This document shows, piece after piece, positions 38,043-51,039 of a DNA stretch of 64,000 nucleotides (position 1 is its first letter; each line of letters begins with the position of its first letter). The stretch lies in the NCBI RefSeq assembly GCF_033026475.1, contig NC_090211.1, positions 3,913,726 through 3,977,725 of the forward strand, read 5' to 3'. The stretch comes from Channa argus (taxonomy: Eukaryota). The notes below the pieces were generated by a model that saw only the letters and a list, made by a program, of their open reading frames with translations, was not told where the DNA came from and made no database searches. Position numbers and translations under genes: made by a program.

Positions 38043-41039
38043 GGGTGAGGACAAAGATTAGAGTGGAAAGTGTCCAAATGTAAACCTCTGCAATATGACA
38101 CACAGGCACAGTCAAATGTCTTTCCAATGGCTGATATTACAGCAAGATGCTGAACTAAACAGTTCAGGGTTTATTGTATCGCTTTCAAATTTTCCTTTCT
38201 GATGTTTTTACACTATACAACTGGCTCTATAAATACACCAGACGGTACCTTTTAAAATATTTCATGCCAACATTTTGCACCAACTGATAAGTTTCTTCAC
38301 AACTTATCTTGCAATCTAGGAGCAAAAGTCTGGAATACTAGATATTTTCATAATCAATAGTTTCATCTTTTGCTTGTGCAAACCCCCAATACCACTATAT
38401 ATATTGTTGTTGTTTGTTTGTTTTCTGGCAGACATGGATATTGGAAAAAAATAATAATTTAATTTATCTATATCTGGAATACAATAAATTATGCTCTAGA
38501 ATTTGATCTGGAACCCAGACTGTCTGGATGAAATTGGGATGAATTATTTAAAGGGGAGACTAGTTTTGAGCTGTAGAAATCCTGTTCTTGGTGACAAACA
38601 GGGTCAGAATTGGCATAAATCTTAAGTGAGATTTATTTACATAGAATTACCAAAACAAAAAGTCTGTGGTTGTATAGCACTCTTTATAAACCTCAGAACT
38701 TGCAACACAAAATTGTCACACACAAACACAAGCATAGCCATAAATATGGATCCTGATAGGTACATAATCTACACATTATCAGACAAATTATATGAAATGA
38801 ATTCACAAACCAAAAATCCTGTGGAACCATATTCGTTCTCAGTAAGCTCTTAAGTCTCAGATGGACATAAACTTTCATCAAAACTTGAATAACTGTTACA
38901 AAACATCTGGTTCTTTGATTAAAAAAAAATAAAAGTCAAACTGAAACATTGAAGAGATTACTACAATAAAACAAAAATTGTGATTTTCTACATTTTCAAC
39001 TTTCTATCTGAGAAATCATATTTTCTTTACTCTCTGTTTAATACCTCATTAATTATTCATAAACCAGCTGCTCTTGCTGGGGAAAAGAATTGGTATAAAC
39101 CACTGAATATGCATTACCTGTAGCTTTAACAACAGATATTTAAGCTCTGAAATAGTTTAGTCTTGTGTCTGACGACCTTATAGTACCTTTGCACATTTTC
39201 ATCAGATGAAAGAAACAGATATTATCTGACACAGGTAGAAATTTGTTGTCAGTCACATACAGCAACATTGACCATGAGAACATGAATGAGACTTTTACTA
39301 TAGGATCCAGACTTTCTTCAAAATTCTTAATCTTTCCATTAAACACCACAACAACGATTTAATGGAACGTGATTTTTACTGACTTACACTCCAATTGGCC
39401 ACTGACAAATTATTGTCTGTTGTTTCTATGTTTACTATTTGTTTTGGGGTTTTTGTTTGTTAGTTTTTTTTTTGCTGACCTCTTCACATTTACATCCCTT
39501 TTAGAGCACAGTGAAACACAGTTTAACAGTCAGCTGTGAAGTGTTCTTTCTCTTCGGTGCCTTTTGCTTGTTGAATCTGACTTTCCGCTCTTCAGAGGAA
39601 ATCAGTTCAGAGGTTTACTTCTAGACAGAAAACAGGCAATGTGCTGCAAACTTAAGAATTGTGCCTACATCCTACAGTTTGTTTAGTCATGTAGTCTGAT
39701 AACCAAAGAATTACGTTTTTGCTTTGCACTAAACCATCCACTATAAATGTGATGAACAGTTAATGCGGATGTTTACATAGTCACTATTAAACATGTCTGT
39801 TTGATTGGTCCTGGAAATAAAAACTTCTTTCTTTGTTTGCCTTGCAAAATGCAGTTGGAAGCCATTAAATTCCTACTATCCACATTGTTGTCTCTGCTGT
39901 GATTTTTAAACATTGTAGCTCCAAACCCTGACAGTCGTCACTCTTTATGTATCAGTTAATAGACTTCATTTACAGTTGTTTACAATTGAACCCATTATTC
40001 CCCATAGCGTGAAACAACACGGTCTGCTGTCTGCACAAGGTAATATATTCACACCTTAAAAATGTATAGTTTTACTAATCTGCAGGTGCTGCCAACATCA
40101 AGTCTCCAAATGAATTTAGTTACTCCGATGGGTAAGGAAGTGTTCCAGGTACAACAGAGAAGACAGGTCTCCTCGCTCGGCACAGTGCTCAGTATGACAA
40201 TGCTGTGTTCAGAGATGCTCCGTGCCAGCAGGCAACTGCTTGGGGCCCCAGGCCCTGACCTTTGCAAGTAGCGCATACTTTTGCATGAGTGTAAACGGGT
40301 CTAATGAAGCAAGGAAAACCATGTGATGAAACTGAATAGAAGTTATCATTCTGGGAGCGAAAAAAAAGTAGGATCGTGGAAAGTGGAGCAGTGGAGATGA
40401 CTATTAAATATAATGAACTAAATAGCATTAGCTAAATGCTGCTAATGCAGTGGTAAAGAGACAGTTGAATAACAGAACTTCTTCTGGTTTCACATTGTTT
40501 CTCTTTTCGTTACTTTGACATTTAACGTGAGCTAACTTGGCTAACAGAAGTCAACTTGTTAGCTTAGCTAGCAGGCTGCTAATAATCAGCTAATTTGAAC
40601 AATATGTTTTCTGGAATAAACTGTCAATTTATGAATGATAAGTTATGAAATTCAGATTCTAAATAACTTGAACAAGTGTACTATAAATCGCTATGGTGTA
40701 TTACTGTAAATTATTGTGCTATGTGCAGTGTGGTGTGTATTTTATTTTATTTCTAATGAGAAGTTTAACCAGCCAATAGATTCCAGTTAATACTTTGAAA
40801 ATGATTTTTTTTCCTGCTTCAGATTTTTTTGTCGCTCATGTAGGTTGTCTGTTAAAATATACAATAAAAGGGCTAGTATAACCAGGAAATTGGGATTTCG
40901 CTTGCCAAAAAAATTATGTCTAACACCTTCTTCAGCTTCAGATCATTTTAATTTCACTTTTGTAGACCTCCCAAAGAGGGAGCTAAGTGCAACCATGACT
41001 TCCTACCTGTCCTGATCTGTCCCTATCTGTTTCACCACA

Positions 41040-43830
41040 GTAAGTCTGTTGAAACTGAGCTGCCTACACGACACTACTCACAGGGACGAGGTAAGATCCC
41101 TGAAACTTCATTAATAGGACATTACATAAACTTTGAACTACGAGAATTTATTCACTGACATTACAAACTTAAGATCATAAAATACTCGAGTGTTTGAACT
41201 TTAAGACAGAACTTTCAGCTGCTTCTGAGGCCCTGTTACTGCTCCGAGAATCAGGTCTTAAACTTTCTGCCTTACACTTTGGAACAACTGAAATCTCCAA
41301 AGGACCCGAGAAGCTAAAGTGGTCCATACAGTGCAAATATATCTCAATTAAAAGTAACTTCAAGTTGAAGTTACTTTAGATGTTTCAACATCAGCTGTTC
41401 ATGAAACCCAAATAATAAAATGTGTCATTTGTTATGTTTGTTATTTATTCTAAATTTAAGAACCAAGCTAAATATGAAAGTTAAACTACATGCAAAAGAT
41501 GGGAACATTAACCCAATGTAATGGTGTAATGTCCTTTAATAATAGTGACTGAAGTACATTTAAGATCTTGTCGACTTTGTCACTTCTTTGTGTAGTAGGT
41601 GTATCTGTGTATATTGTATACATTTGGTTCCTTACCTGACATAGGTTCACTGTGCAATACGGTAAATCATGAATTGTTGTTGTCGTTGTTTTTGCTGCCT
41701 TGTACCTCACTTGTAAGTCTCGACCTGCTAAATGACTAAATGTAAATGTTTTTCATTTGGACATTTGCACTTCAGCCCTTCAAAAGTTTCCTCTGTACCA
41801 TGTGTAAATTTTGAGCTAAATTTTCTACAAAATTATGTTTGGGTGTCTCTTTGTAAAGTTTAATCATTAGTAGTGATTAAGAAGTTGGTGTAAAGATACA
41901 CAAATAATAGGTATGTATGTGTGTTTCCCACACATTCATTATACTTACCTGCCCTGGTGTAATGCGTAATTTCATAAGTAAATAAACCCAAATAGAAATA
42001 TTTAATAGAATCTTAACTTAAAGTTTTTTTTTTTTGTCCTTTCGGCTTATCTCGTGAGTTCAGGGTCACCACAGCGGGTCATTGTCCACATGTTGATTTG
42101 GCACAGTTTTTACGCCACATGCCCTTCCTGACGCAACTGTCCCCAATTTCCACTGGGCTTGGACCAGCACTGCACGGATGGGGAGGGGAATGGGCTGTTA
42201 GGGGTTCAGTGTCTTGCCCAGAGACACTTTGACATATAGCTGGGCCTGGGGATTGAACCACTGACCCTGTGGGCCGTGGACGACTGCTTTACCTACAGCC
42301 GCCCCTTAAATTCTTATAGACAAAAAATTATATAAAATAAATGTAGTTTATGCTTGTTTACTTTTTATTTTACCAGCTTTATAGATTTTCCATGGCTAGA
42401 CTTTTATTGTAAAACATGCTAACTGGACACCTTGTAATTACATTTAATTAACATTCTTCTTTTTTTTTTTTAGAAACATCTGACATCCTGTATTTGTCTT
42501 TCAAAATGTGACTGCGCTGCAGATCGTTTATCTGGACACGGCCTTGCATCTGCAGGCTCTGCTGGACATTGAAGAGGATGTAGGAGACAAAAAGGGTGGC
42601 TGGACATGGGTGGCTATTTGAAGGAGCAGGTATAGAGTTAGAGGACATCAACTGGCAAACTTTGGTATCATATTTTAAGCAGCATGTAAGCTGCAAATGT
42701 GTTATATAGAAATGATGGCATTTCTAAAACGTAATGTCTCTTTGTTGCATGGATATAAATCACTGCTATTAAAAGTTGAACTAATAACAAAACAGCACTT
42801 TATGAGAGCTTTGTATAATACAAAAAAATAAATAAAGTTCATGTTTATGTCATTTTTTGTAACAAAATATTTTTTGTACTTCCTTTTAAAGCAATACAAG
42901 TTCAATGCAAGTGCAAGTGCAAGTGCAACCCCAATTTAAAAGAAAGTTAGGATGATGTGTAAAAGGTATGATTTGCAAGCCTCATCAACCCATATTTTAT
43001 TCACAAGAGAACATAAACAACATATCGGATGTTGAAACTGAGATATTTCCATTTCATGGAAAATATTAGCTCGCTTTGAATTTGATGGCAGCAACACATC
43101 TCAAAAAGTTGGAACAGGGGCAACAGAAAGGCTGGAAAAGTAATTGCTGCAAATAATAAAACAAATGGAGGAGCATGTGATAACTAATTAGGTTAACTGG
43201 CAAAGGTCAGTAACATGACTGGGTATAAAACGAGCATTTCAGAGAGGCAGAAACTCTCAAATATAAAGATGGGCAGGGGTTCACCGATCTGTGACAAACA
43301 GCATCTAAAAACCAACAAAACAACAAAAATTTCAATGACTTTGAAATTACACCATCTACAATATATAATATCATCAAAAGATTTAGAGAATCAGGAATCT
43401 CTGTGTGCAAGGGACGAGTCTGATTTCAGAGCTGTGATTTAATTTATTTAATAAATATTTGTATTTATATTTATTATTATTATGATATTTTTCATTTGTT
43501 TCTATTTAACTTATCCTTCACTGTGCATCTCTTTCTTTAGGTGAAGATGCTTCAGGCTCTGGGTTTGAAGTCCACCCTCATCACAGATAGATCGTCACCC
43601 ATCAAGCTCTTCACCACAGCCAATGGCCTGTTGGGGGCGCTGATGGAACAGGGACAGGGCCAGTGAGGGAGACGAGAGTAGGAGTTCAGAGAGGTGAGTG
43701 TGTAGAGTACAGCTCAAACAATGTTCTTTATTCTCCAACAAGGCCCACAGGTGTGTAGTCCTGTGTTGTGTATTGTAGTCAGTCTTTCTGAAGGCTGATA
43801 CTACAGCAAGATACTGAACTCTTGAACTTT
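41040..43830 (+). pseudogene. Degenerate, internally deleted tandem partial duplicate of mvp. It contains a 5'UTR-exon copy (41081-41090 plus donor), intron-1-like sequence (41560-41860), an exon-3 copy (42505-42629, runs into a stop) with flanking intron-3/4-like sequence (42660-42900), and a last-exon copy (43541-43666) with 3'UTR-like sequence
   Basis: Direct similarity to the upstream mvp gene. The 17-nt match acagggacgagGTAAGA links 41081 to 24231. The 25-nt match ctttgtgtagtaggtgtatctgtgt links 41585 to 25264. The exon-3 copy NVTALQIVYLDTALHLQALLDIEEDVGDKKGGWTWVAI* compares with [41 protein letters not shown]. Intron matches pair 42671-42740 with 29150-29240 and 42762-42900 with 29568-29700. 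The last-exon copy [41 protein letters not shown] keeps the acceptor TTTCTTTAG. The 3'UTR match ctgatactacagcaagatactgaact sits at 43796 versus 38131. Exons 1, 2 and 4-15 are absent. Confidence 0.7.
42930..43440 (+). mobile_element. Tc1-like transposon 5' portion: terminal repeat region plus the transposase N-terminus, inserted in the mvp partial duplicate
   Basis: 43040-43120 carries the Tc1 terminal-region signature (ttgaatttgatggcagcaacacatctcaaaaagttggaacagggg). Codons at 43215-43410 read like the transposase N-terminal helix-turn-helix (..STIYNIIKRFRESGISVCKGR..). The element ends abruptly at ~43440. Confidence 0.6.
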
Positions 43831-44974
43831 TAAAGATGCCTTCACAAACCTAAAAATCCTTTTAAATCTCTGGATGTTTTGAAACAGCCTGAACCACAAA
43901 ATGTTATTCTGCAGCGGGGTATTACTGCTAGCTTGAATAGAAAAAGATCTAATTATACCAAGAAAAGTTCATGTTATTACAACATGCAATTTACTATGAA
44001 TTGGCCATTTGGGTCAGGGTAAGGGTAACATTGGTCGTCTGGTAACAACACTGTCTTAAGTCTTAGTTAGGGGTCAGTGTTAGGGGTCAATGTCTCAGTC
44101 TAAGTCTTTTTTTTAGCTTCCTACTGAGATATAGCTGGGCCTTTTTTTTTTTTTACCATGACTGTGATGTCTGTGGACCATATCATGTTCCTGCAGATGT
44201 GCAAGCCCAGAATACCAGCTCCGCCTCACTTAGGCAACGCACTAAAGTGGCCCAGATCCAGAATCTTCGAATAACTCAGACCTGAGTTTTTCTCTGAAGT
44301 GTGAACGAACCAAATCAGATTTTTTAAATTCACATCCGAGCCAACTTTCAAGCTCATCCCTGTCGATACAACCTCTGTCAGAATCTTCAAATCAGAATTC
44401 GAGCATTTTTATTAAATGTCAGCGTCAGCCTCTCACAATCTGGGGGAAAAAAAGATGAACAACAGAAGTGGGCGAAACAGGAGAAGAGGAATTTTCCAAT
44501 CTGTTGAACATTTACAGAGCTTCTGTTCAAACAGGAAGCAACATCTTGTAACTGAGCAGTTTTTGATGAAATTGTGCAATTAGACCCTAATGATGTTCCT
44601 GTTATTGTAAGCAGTTGGCTCACATTTTAATCAATCTTGTGTAGCAGACTAGGACTGCAACAGTATTCACAACAGAGCTGGACACATATCACAAATGTGA
44701 ACTTAATTCAAATTGATTGGAACCAAAAAGAAATGAAGCATTTGATGGAAGAAACCAGGCAAAGGGAACCAGACTCAAGGTGATCGGCCATCTCTCTCAG
44801 TTGAAATGACTGGGAAGTGCGAATTGGGGAAAAATGGTTGAAGTGTAGATATGTTAGAACTAACTAACAAAAATAGCAAATGTGCAGTTACAGCACTTTG
44901 TAAACGTATCCACATATTTAACATGTCATTCAGCATAATGTGTACGTGTTGGTGATAGCTGACTTTTACTCGGA

Positions 44975-45130
44975 GCAGCACAGTGGTGGAGTGGTTTGTG
45001 CTCCTTCCTTACAGGTAAGGTTCCTGGTTTGATTCCATACGCATGTTCTCCCTGTGTCACAGTTCTGCTCTGTTCGCTGCTTTTTTTCTTCTTTTTTCCC
45101 CTGTTGGGTCATGTTCATTCACAGTCATCT
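44975..45130. repeat. Fragment of a teleost-wide tRNA-headed SINE-like interspersed repeat
   Basis: Motifs gcacagtggtggagtggtt...ggttcctggtttgattcc...catgttctccctgtg are recalled from a very abundant fish repeat family. Confidence 0.5.
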
Positions 45131-45954
45131 CACTTTGACATGCCTGCTCATTCACCGCCCTTCCCAGGCTACACAACATACACGCCCACGATTACCTGCA
45201 GCTCTTTAGCAATCAGCCACAGCATTTAATCCCCCTGCTTGCCTCCCTCCCTCATTATTAACCTAATTCTTCTGTATGTTATGCTAAGCTTTCTCATCAC
45301 ATCCCATGATCTCTGCCTTGTCTGCTTCTGTTTTCTCCCTGTCATTGATCACTGGGTTGTCCCATATTAATCTGACTGTTAAGATCTTATTGCTGTTAAG
45401 ATCTTATGCTTATTCTGTTTGCCCAATTTACACTAACCAACACCCAGTTCCTAATGCTGTTTAATGCTTCCTACCTGTTCATGGTACCAACATGCTAAAA
45501 CTAAAGCTTCTAATCTTTCAAACACATCAGCAGTGGTTATTGTTTCTCATGTCAGCTCTTTGGTCCTTCGTAGTAAAACCTCTGCTTGTGTAGGTTTATG
45601 CCAGGTACTTCTGTTGCCTTCCAGAATCCAAACACATGCATGTTTGTTTAATTGGTTACTCTAAAGCCCTTTTCCAACCACTTTTCTAGGGTCAGAAACC
45701 TTTTTGGGGAACTTAGTCCCTCATTAAAGGAACCAGGGTTTAAATGCATTTCTGGGCAGTCGTTCGGGCTTGTTCCTGCAGCACTGGTCACACTCACAAA
45801 CATGCTCAATGGCTTTGTATTAAGAACAGGAAGAATTCATCCAACTCTGAATTCAAGAAAAAGTACACTGAGTCACACTGAGACACATCTTCACTGGATG
45901 TTTTTTAGTCATAAGTTTCAGTAAATCTCATTGAACCCAACTGTAACCTCCTAT

Positions 45955-46200
45955 CTTGTTCAGGGTCCCAACTGGCAGGGTACCCCCTGGACAGGTCTCT
46001 AGTTTATCTTAGTGGCAGCACAAAGAGACACACACAGACAGACAACCTTTCACACTCTCATTCAATCCTACAGGCACTTTAGAGTCACCACTTAACCTAA
46101 CATGCATGTCTTTGGACTGTGGGAGGAAACCGATGTCCTTGGAGGAAAACCCACACATGCACAAGGAGAACATGTAAAGTCCTCAAAGGTCAATCAAACC
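45955..46200. repeat. Fragment of the same teleost SINE-like repeat family, mixed orientation
   Basis: Motifs ccctggacaggtctc, caggcactttagagtcaccacttaacctaacatgcatgtctttggactgtgggaggaaacc and ggagaacatg. Confidence 0.5.
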
Positions 46201-48239
46201 TGTTTTTTGTGTATTGTACTCTTGATGATTCTTAGCTGTCACATGTCCGTCATCTGTCAGAGTTGTATTCCTGCACGTGTATACAGCAAGATACACTTTA
46301 TTTTTTTAAACTGGTGGATTTAAACATTTTCACAATCTGTACTTTATGTACTGATTACATTTTGTTGGCCAGAGGTCAAAGGTGAAGGTCTCTGTGGCCC
46401 CATGTTTTAATTTTTTTGAGTGCAATATCACAGGAACACCTCAAAGGAATTTTGTGAAATTTAAAAGAAGCAACAGCTTTGACTCAAGGATAAATGCCTT
46501 GGGCTTTCTTGCCCCAAGGTCAAAGGTCAAGGTCAAGGACAGTGACATCTTGTGAGTCTTTTTTGTCGCTCCCATTCTTTGAACAAGTGTTAGAGGGGAA
46601 TTCTTTCAAGTTTGCCAGCCCAGTCCTTGAATTTGGTTGTCAGATGTAAAAGGTCAAGGTCACTCTAAAGAAGACCATTTGTTGTCAATGCTATAGCTCA
46701 GACATGGCTGGAGGGAATTTGTATTATATTTGGCACAAATCTTTACTTTGTGGAGGACGTACACAAGGACAACTGTTGTTATCTGCTGCAAGATGGGGGA
46801 TGAATGGTGGTAGTTACCTTGCCATTTTTTGGAAAATTGTGGCAGTTTTGGACCATGATTGCATGAAATTAACAGTTTTTCATTTTGCTCAACTCCAGAG
46901 ATAAAGTAAACCCAATAGTCAAACACTGCATTGTCCTGTGAGACGCTCAGGTGACAGTCTTTCTTGCTACCTGGCGAAGAAAGTAATCATGTTGAGTAAA
47001 ATCATTTGTTAATTAAATGCAGGAAAAAGGCAATGGAAAGAAGGTATCATCACGGACAAAGAGGTTGAATCATCTGACTCCTCGCTTCCAGATGGGCAAC
47101 CGGGTCATGTGTAAAGTCTTGAGCAACTGCATAATTTTTCGAGATAAACTAAAGGCAAACGGGATGTGATAGTGATGTGATAAGAAACCCACTACTACTA
47201 CTACTGACAGTGACGTAGATTGGAAGAGAGAATGGGATTGGAATATTGTATTGAGTCATAAAGGTTGGTGGTGGTCATCGTGTTCTAAAAACTTCTTGCC
47301 GTTCTCTTTTCAGATTGAGGATATGGAAATTGCACAACTATTTAATGTCACTGTAAAATAGGAAAACACCATGATAAAATTGATTAATGTGAATTCTCCA
47401 GTGGTGAAAAGATATTTCTTTTTGAAGAAACTGTCCTATGCACTTCAGGGTTGTTTGCACAATGGGATTTGTGGGGGATTACCTGCACCGTGGACATTAT
47501 GGACAGAATCAGTGATAGTTATCTGTACGTGCAATGGTACACAGCATAAATGAACAGTTAAGAGTTAATTCAGACGGTTTAAGTTTCAATGTAAACAGAT
47601 GGGCTACAAAAAAAGCTCAAGTTGATGCTGATATTGCTACTTTCTGTTTTCATGGCAACACAAACCTTTCTGTTTACACAAGTAAACCCTTTTCACATTT
47701 AATTATTTCTCTACCTAATCATTTCTGCAAGATATGGAGGTGAAGTTCTCTTGAAATCTTATAGCAGTTATCAAGTCAACACTATCTGAGATGAAAGTGC
47801 CATCATGTTCTAGGTTTAGTACCTATTGTTTGCTTAGTAATACCTGTCTTTTTTTTTCATCAAGTGAAAAATGTTAAGAGAAGGAAATAGTTAAATAGGC
47901 TACAGCTAGGGAAACCTTTGTAATGCTGACTTGGCCTGTTAACTTTAGTATAATTGTTGTCATTCATGTAGATGTGCGAGTGTTTTGCTTTACTAAATGT
48001 TCTGTGTTCAGTTCTCAGACAACATTGCACATGCCAATAGATGCAGACTGAATGTCCGGGAATGTTGTTGGTTGCTTGCTCTGTCTCAGCTTGTGACCTT
48101 TCAGACATTATATAGCCTGTACAGATATTCATACAAAAATTCAAAAGGCTACTGTACATTAGCTGCAGCAACACTGCTGGTGCAGGCATTAATCGCACTG
48201 AGAGCCATCACAAGCGCTCAGGCAGTTTGTTGAATGTGC

Positions 48240-49075
48240 TTTCAAACAAAACAGAATAAGGAAACCCACACTGGTGGAGCAGAAACGGAGTGGCACAGAA
48301 AAGGGCTATTTGTTGGCTAATGCCACAAAGTGCGTAAAAATAGCTTCTTTAAGCTGCAACCTGCAGACATGGGCTCAGGAATACTTCCAGAAAACATTGT
48401 GGGTGAACACAATCCACCGTGCCATTTGCCGTTGCCGGCTAAAACTCTATAGGTCAAAAAAGAAGCCATATCTAAACTGGATCCAGGAGCGCAGGCGTTT
48501 TCGCTCATTTAAAATGGACTGCGGCAAAGTGGAAAACTGTTCTGTGTTCAGACGAACCAAAATTTGAAGTTCTTTTTGGAAACCATGTCATCCGGAATAA
48601 AGAGGACAAGGACAACCCAAGTTGTTACCAGCGCTCAGTTCAGAAGCCTGCATCTCTGATGGTATGGGGTTGCATGAGTGCGTGTGGCATGGGCAGCCTC
48701 CACATCTGGAAAGGCTCCATCAATGCTGAAAGGTACATCCAAGTAACATATGCTCCCATTCAAATGTCGTCTCTCTCAGGGAAGACCTTTCCAATATGAC
48801 AATGCCAGACCACATACTGCATCAATTACAACATCATGGCTGCGTAGAAGAAGGATGCGGGTGTTGAAATGTCCAGCCTGCAGTCCAGATCTTTCACCCA
48901 TAGAAAACATTTGGCGCATTATAAAGCGGAAGATGCAACAAACGAGACTTAAGAGAGTTGAGCAATTAGACAAGAATGGGACAACATTCCTATTCCTAAA
49001 CTTGTCTCCTCAGTCCCCAGACGTTTGCAGACTGTTATAAAAAGAAGAGCTGATGCCACACAGTGGTAAACATGG
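48240..49075 (+). mobile_element. Tc1-like transposase pseudogene, the 3' two-thirds, with frameshifts, plus the right end
   Basis: ORFs 48274-48567 and 48750-49040 span three frames. They read ..[44 protein letters not shown].., ..[71 protein letters not shown].. and ..[57 protein letters not shown].. This is the DDE transposase of Tc1. The 3' end ...cagtggtaaacatggccttgtcccaactttttt matches Tc1 termini. Confidence 0.8.
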
Positions 49076-49659
49076 CCTTGTCCCAACTTTTTTCCCCTTA
49101 TTTTTCCCTTAAAATGATACATGTTCTCAGTTTAAACATTTGATATGTTTGATAAGTTTTAAACCCTGTGTGTAGTTCTACAGTCCCGCCAGTGTGACTG
49201 TTATCACAGAGGACATCAGGACAGAATGGTCTGCAGCCAAGCAGATGCAGATCATGCAGAAGAGGTGGCTCCTCTTTAATTCAATCCATCGATTTGATAA
49301 TTCAGTCAGGACAAGCTAATGAAATCCCTCAAGGTTGACTGTAATTCTCTCAAGCTGTCTCCTCATATTTTTCTTTTTATCATCTTCTATAATCTGCACA
49401 TCAGTCTTGTATGTCCCCCACAGACGCCTGCTGCAGTTTGACCTCTGTGTTTATGGGGAGATTGTATAACACACCATCAGTACAGTGACTGTTAACTATA
49501 CCTAAGAGTTTCTGTCTGAGGAGCAGATCTGTTCTTTAATTAAGAGCCTGTGAATTAGTGATTGTTCTAAAATCCAACTATTATTCAGTTAGTCAACTGA
49601 CAGGTCATTGACAGGCCACTATTTGAAGCTAAAAACTCTGGGGTTTTTATGGGTAAATT

Positions 49660-49800
49660 AAGTCAGGATGGTGGATTAGTGCTGCTGCCTTCCAGCAAGA
49701 AGGTCCCCAATTCAAATCTACCTGCTGACTGTGCCCTTTCTGTTGAGAGCTGGCATGTTCTCCCTGTGCTTGCGTCCAAAGACAAGCAGACATAAAGCAA
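49660..49800. repeat. Teleost SINE-like repeat fragment
   Basis: ggtggattagtgctgctgccttccagcaagaaggtccccaattcaaatct...ggcatgttctccctgtgcttgcgtc. Confidence 0.55.
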
Positions 49801-51039
49801 CAGACAGCAGACGCTTGATGTTCGCATTTGTCTGGTTGTTAGTAAATTACAAAACTAATCACTATTACATATAGTAGTTTCATTTTGTGTAACAGACTCT
49901 GCAATTTTATGCCCCACTGGAAATCATTTCTCTGATGTCAGTTCTATGGTCTGATGAGACCAGAAAGGAGTATTTTGAGTATCTGAGTAGATGCTATGAC
50001 TTATCAAGACCCCAGAAAACAGTTGGTACAGACTGTACAGTCTGTACAGTCTCTTCTATCTCAGCTGCTGAAGCTTGTAACTCCTTCAGAGGGGTCGGGG
50101 AAGTCTTGCTGGCCTTCCTCATTAGTCTCCTATTTGCATGGTCACTTGGTTTTTTGAAGATGATCTGTCCCAGGCAGTTTCCTGGCATGAAATATTTAAT
50201 GACTGTATAAATATCTTCTGCTTTTCAATAAGCATTATACAGTTGATAAAAGTGTTCTTTTGACTTCAGATAACCAGGATACTGACTTACTGGTAACAAG
50301 TGATACAAGTGTATCATAAAACTAAGAAACTTTAACATCTGCACATATCGTGGCTATGTAATTATCAATGAGTGTAAACACAGGGGGAATTCACTCAGAG
50401 CACAGTAAGGGCAGGACATGGCATCTGTAGAAAACATGTACGAGGCTCTAAAAGGAACAAGTTCCACCAAACCTCTCTGAGCACAACAGGCCCACTGGAG
50501 ATAATCGATGCAAATGAGATAGGGCACCGGCGGCAAGGGGAAGCGACTACAGCCTGAAGTCAAGATATACAGTATTCATCAGCTTTTCATAATCTGTACA
50601 GGTTGTCATGGAAACAGTTACATTCAGTTGGGCCTGATCCAGTTTTATTAAAACGTTAATCCAAAGTGTTTATGGTAAATTGGTACCACCCTCAAGAAGA
50701 GGGAAAAATTATTGATTTGTCAACTTTGACTGTCAAATGTTCGACTTAATCATTATTGTTCATTAGCTTTCCAAAATCTTATGCACACTACAATATCTCT
50801 GTAATAGCCAATAGTCTCTGATAAACATTTATTCTGTCAAGCTTTAAAGTTTGTCACCGTCTCATTTTTTATAAAAATTCAGAATTCTATAAAATGTTGT
50901 TAATGATCTAACATCAGTTCCCCGCCCTGACCAGACCTCTTGCATTGGCTGGAGAGGAACTGAAACATCTGGCTCCAAAAACTGCAGCCACATCCATTTA
51001 AAATTCTCTATTTAAAGAGATTTCAACTGGGTTACACAT

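Noticed and set aside
44975-45060. tRNA-like sequence (gcacagtggtggagtggtt...ggttcctggtttgattcc)
   Set aside because: It is the tRNA-derived head of a SINE-like repeat, followed by the family-specific catgttctccc body. It lacks a complete cloverleaf and CCA context, so it is not a tRNA gene.
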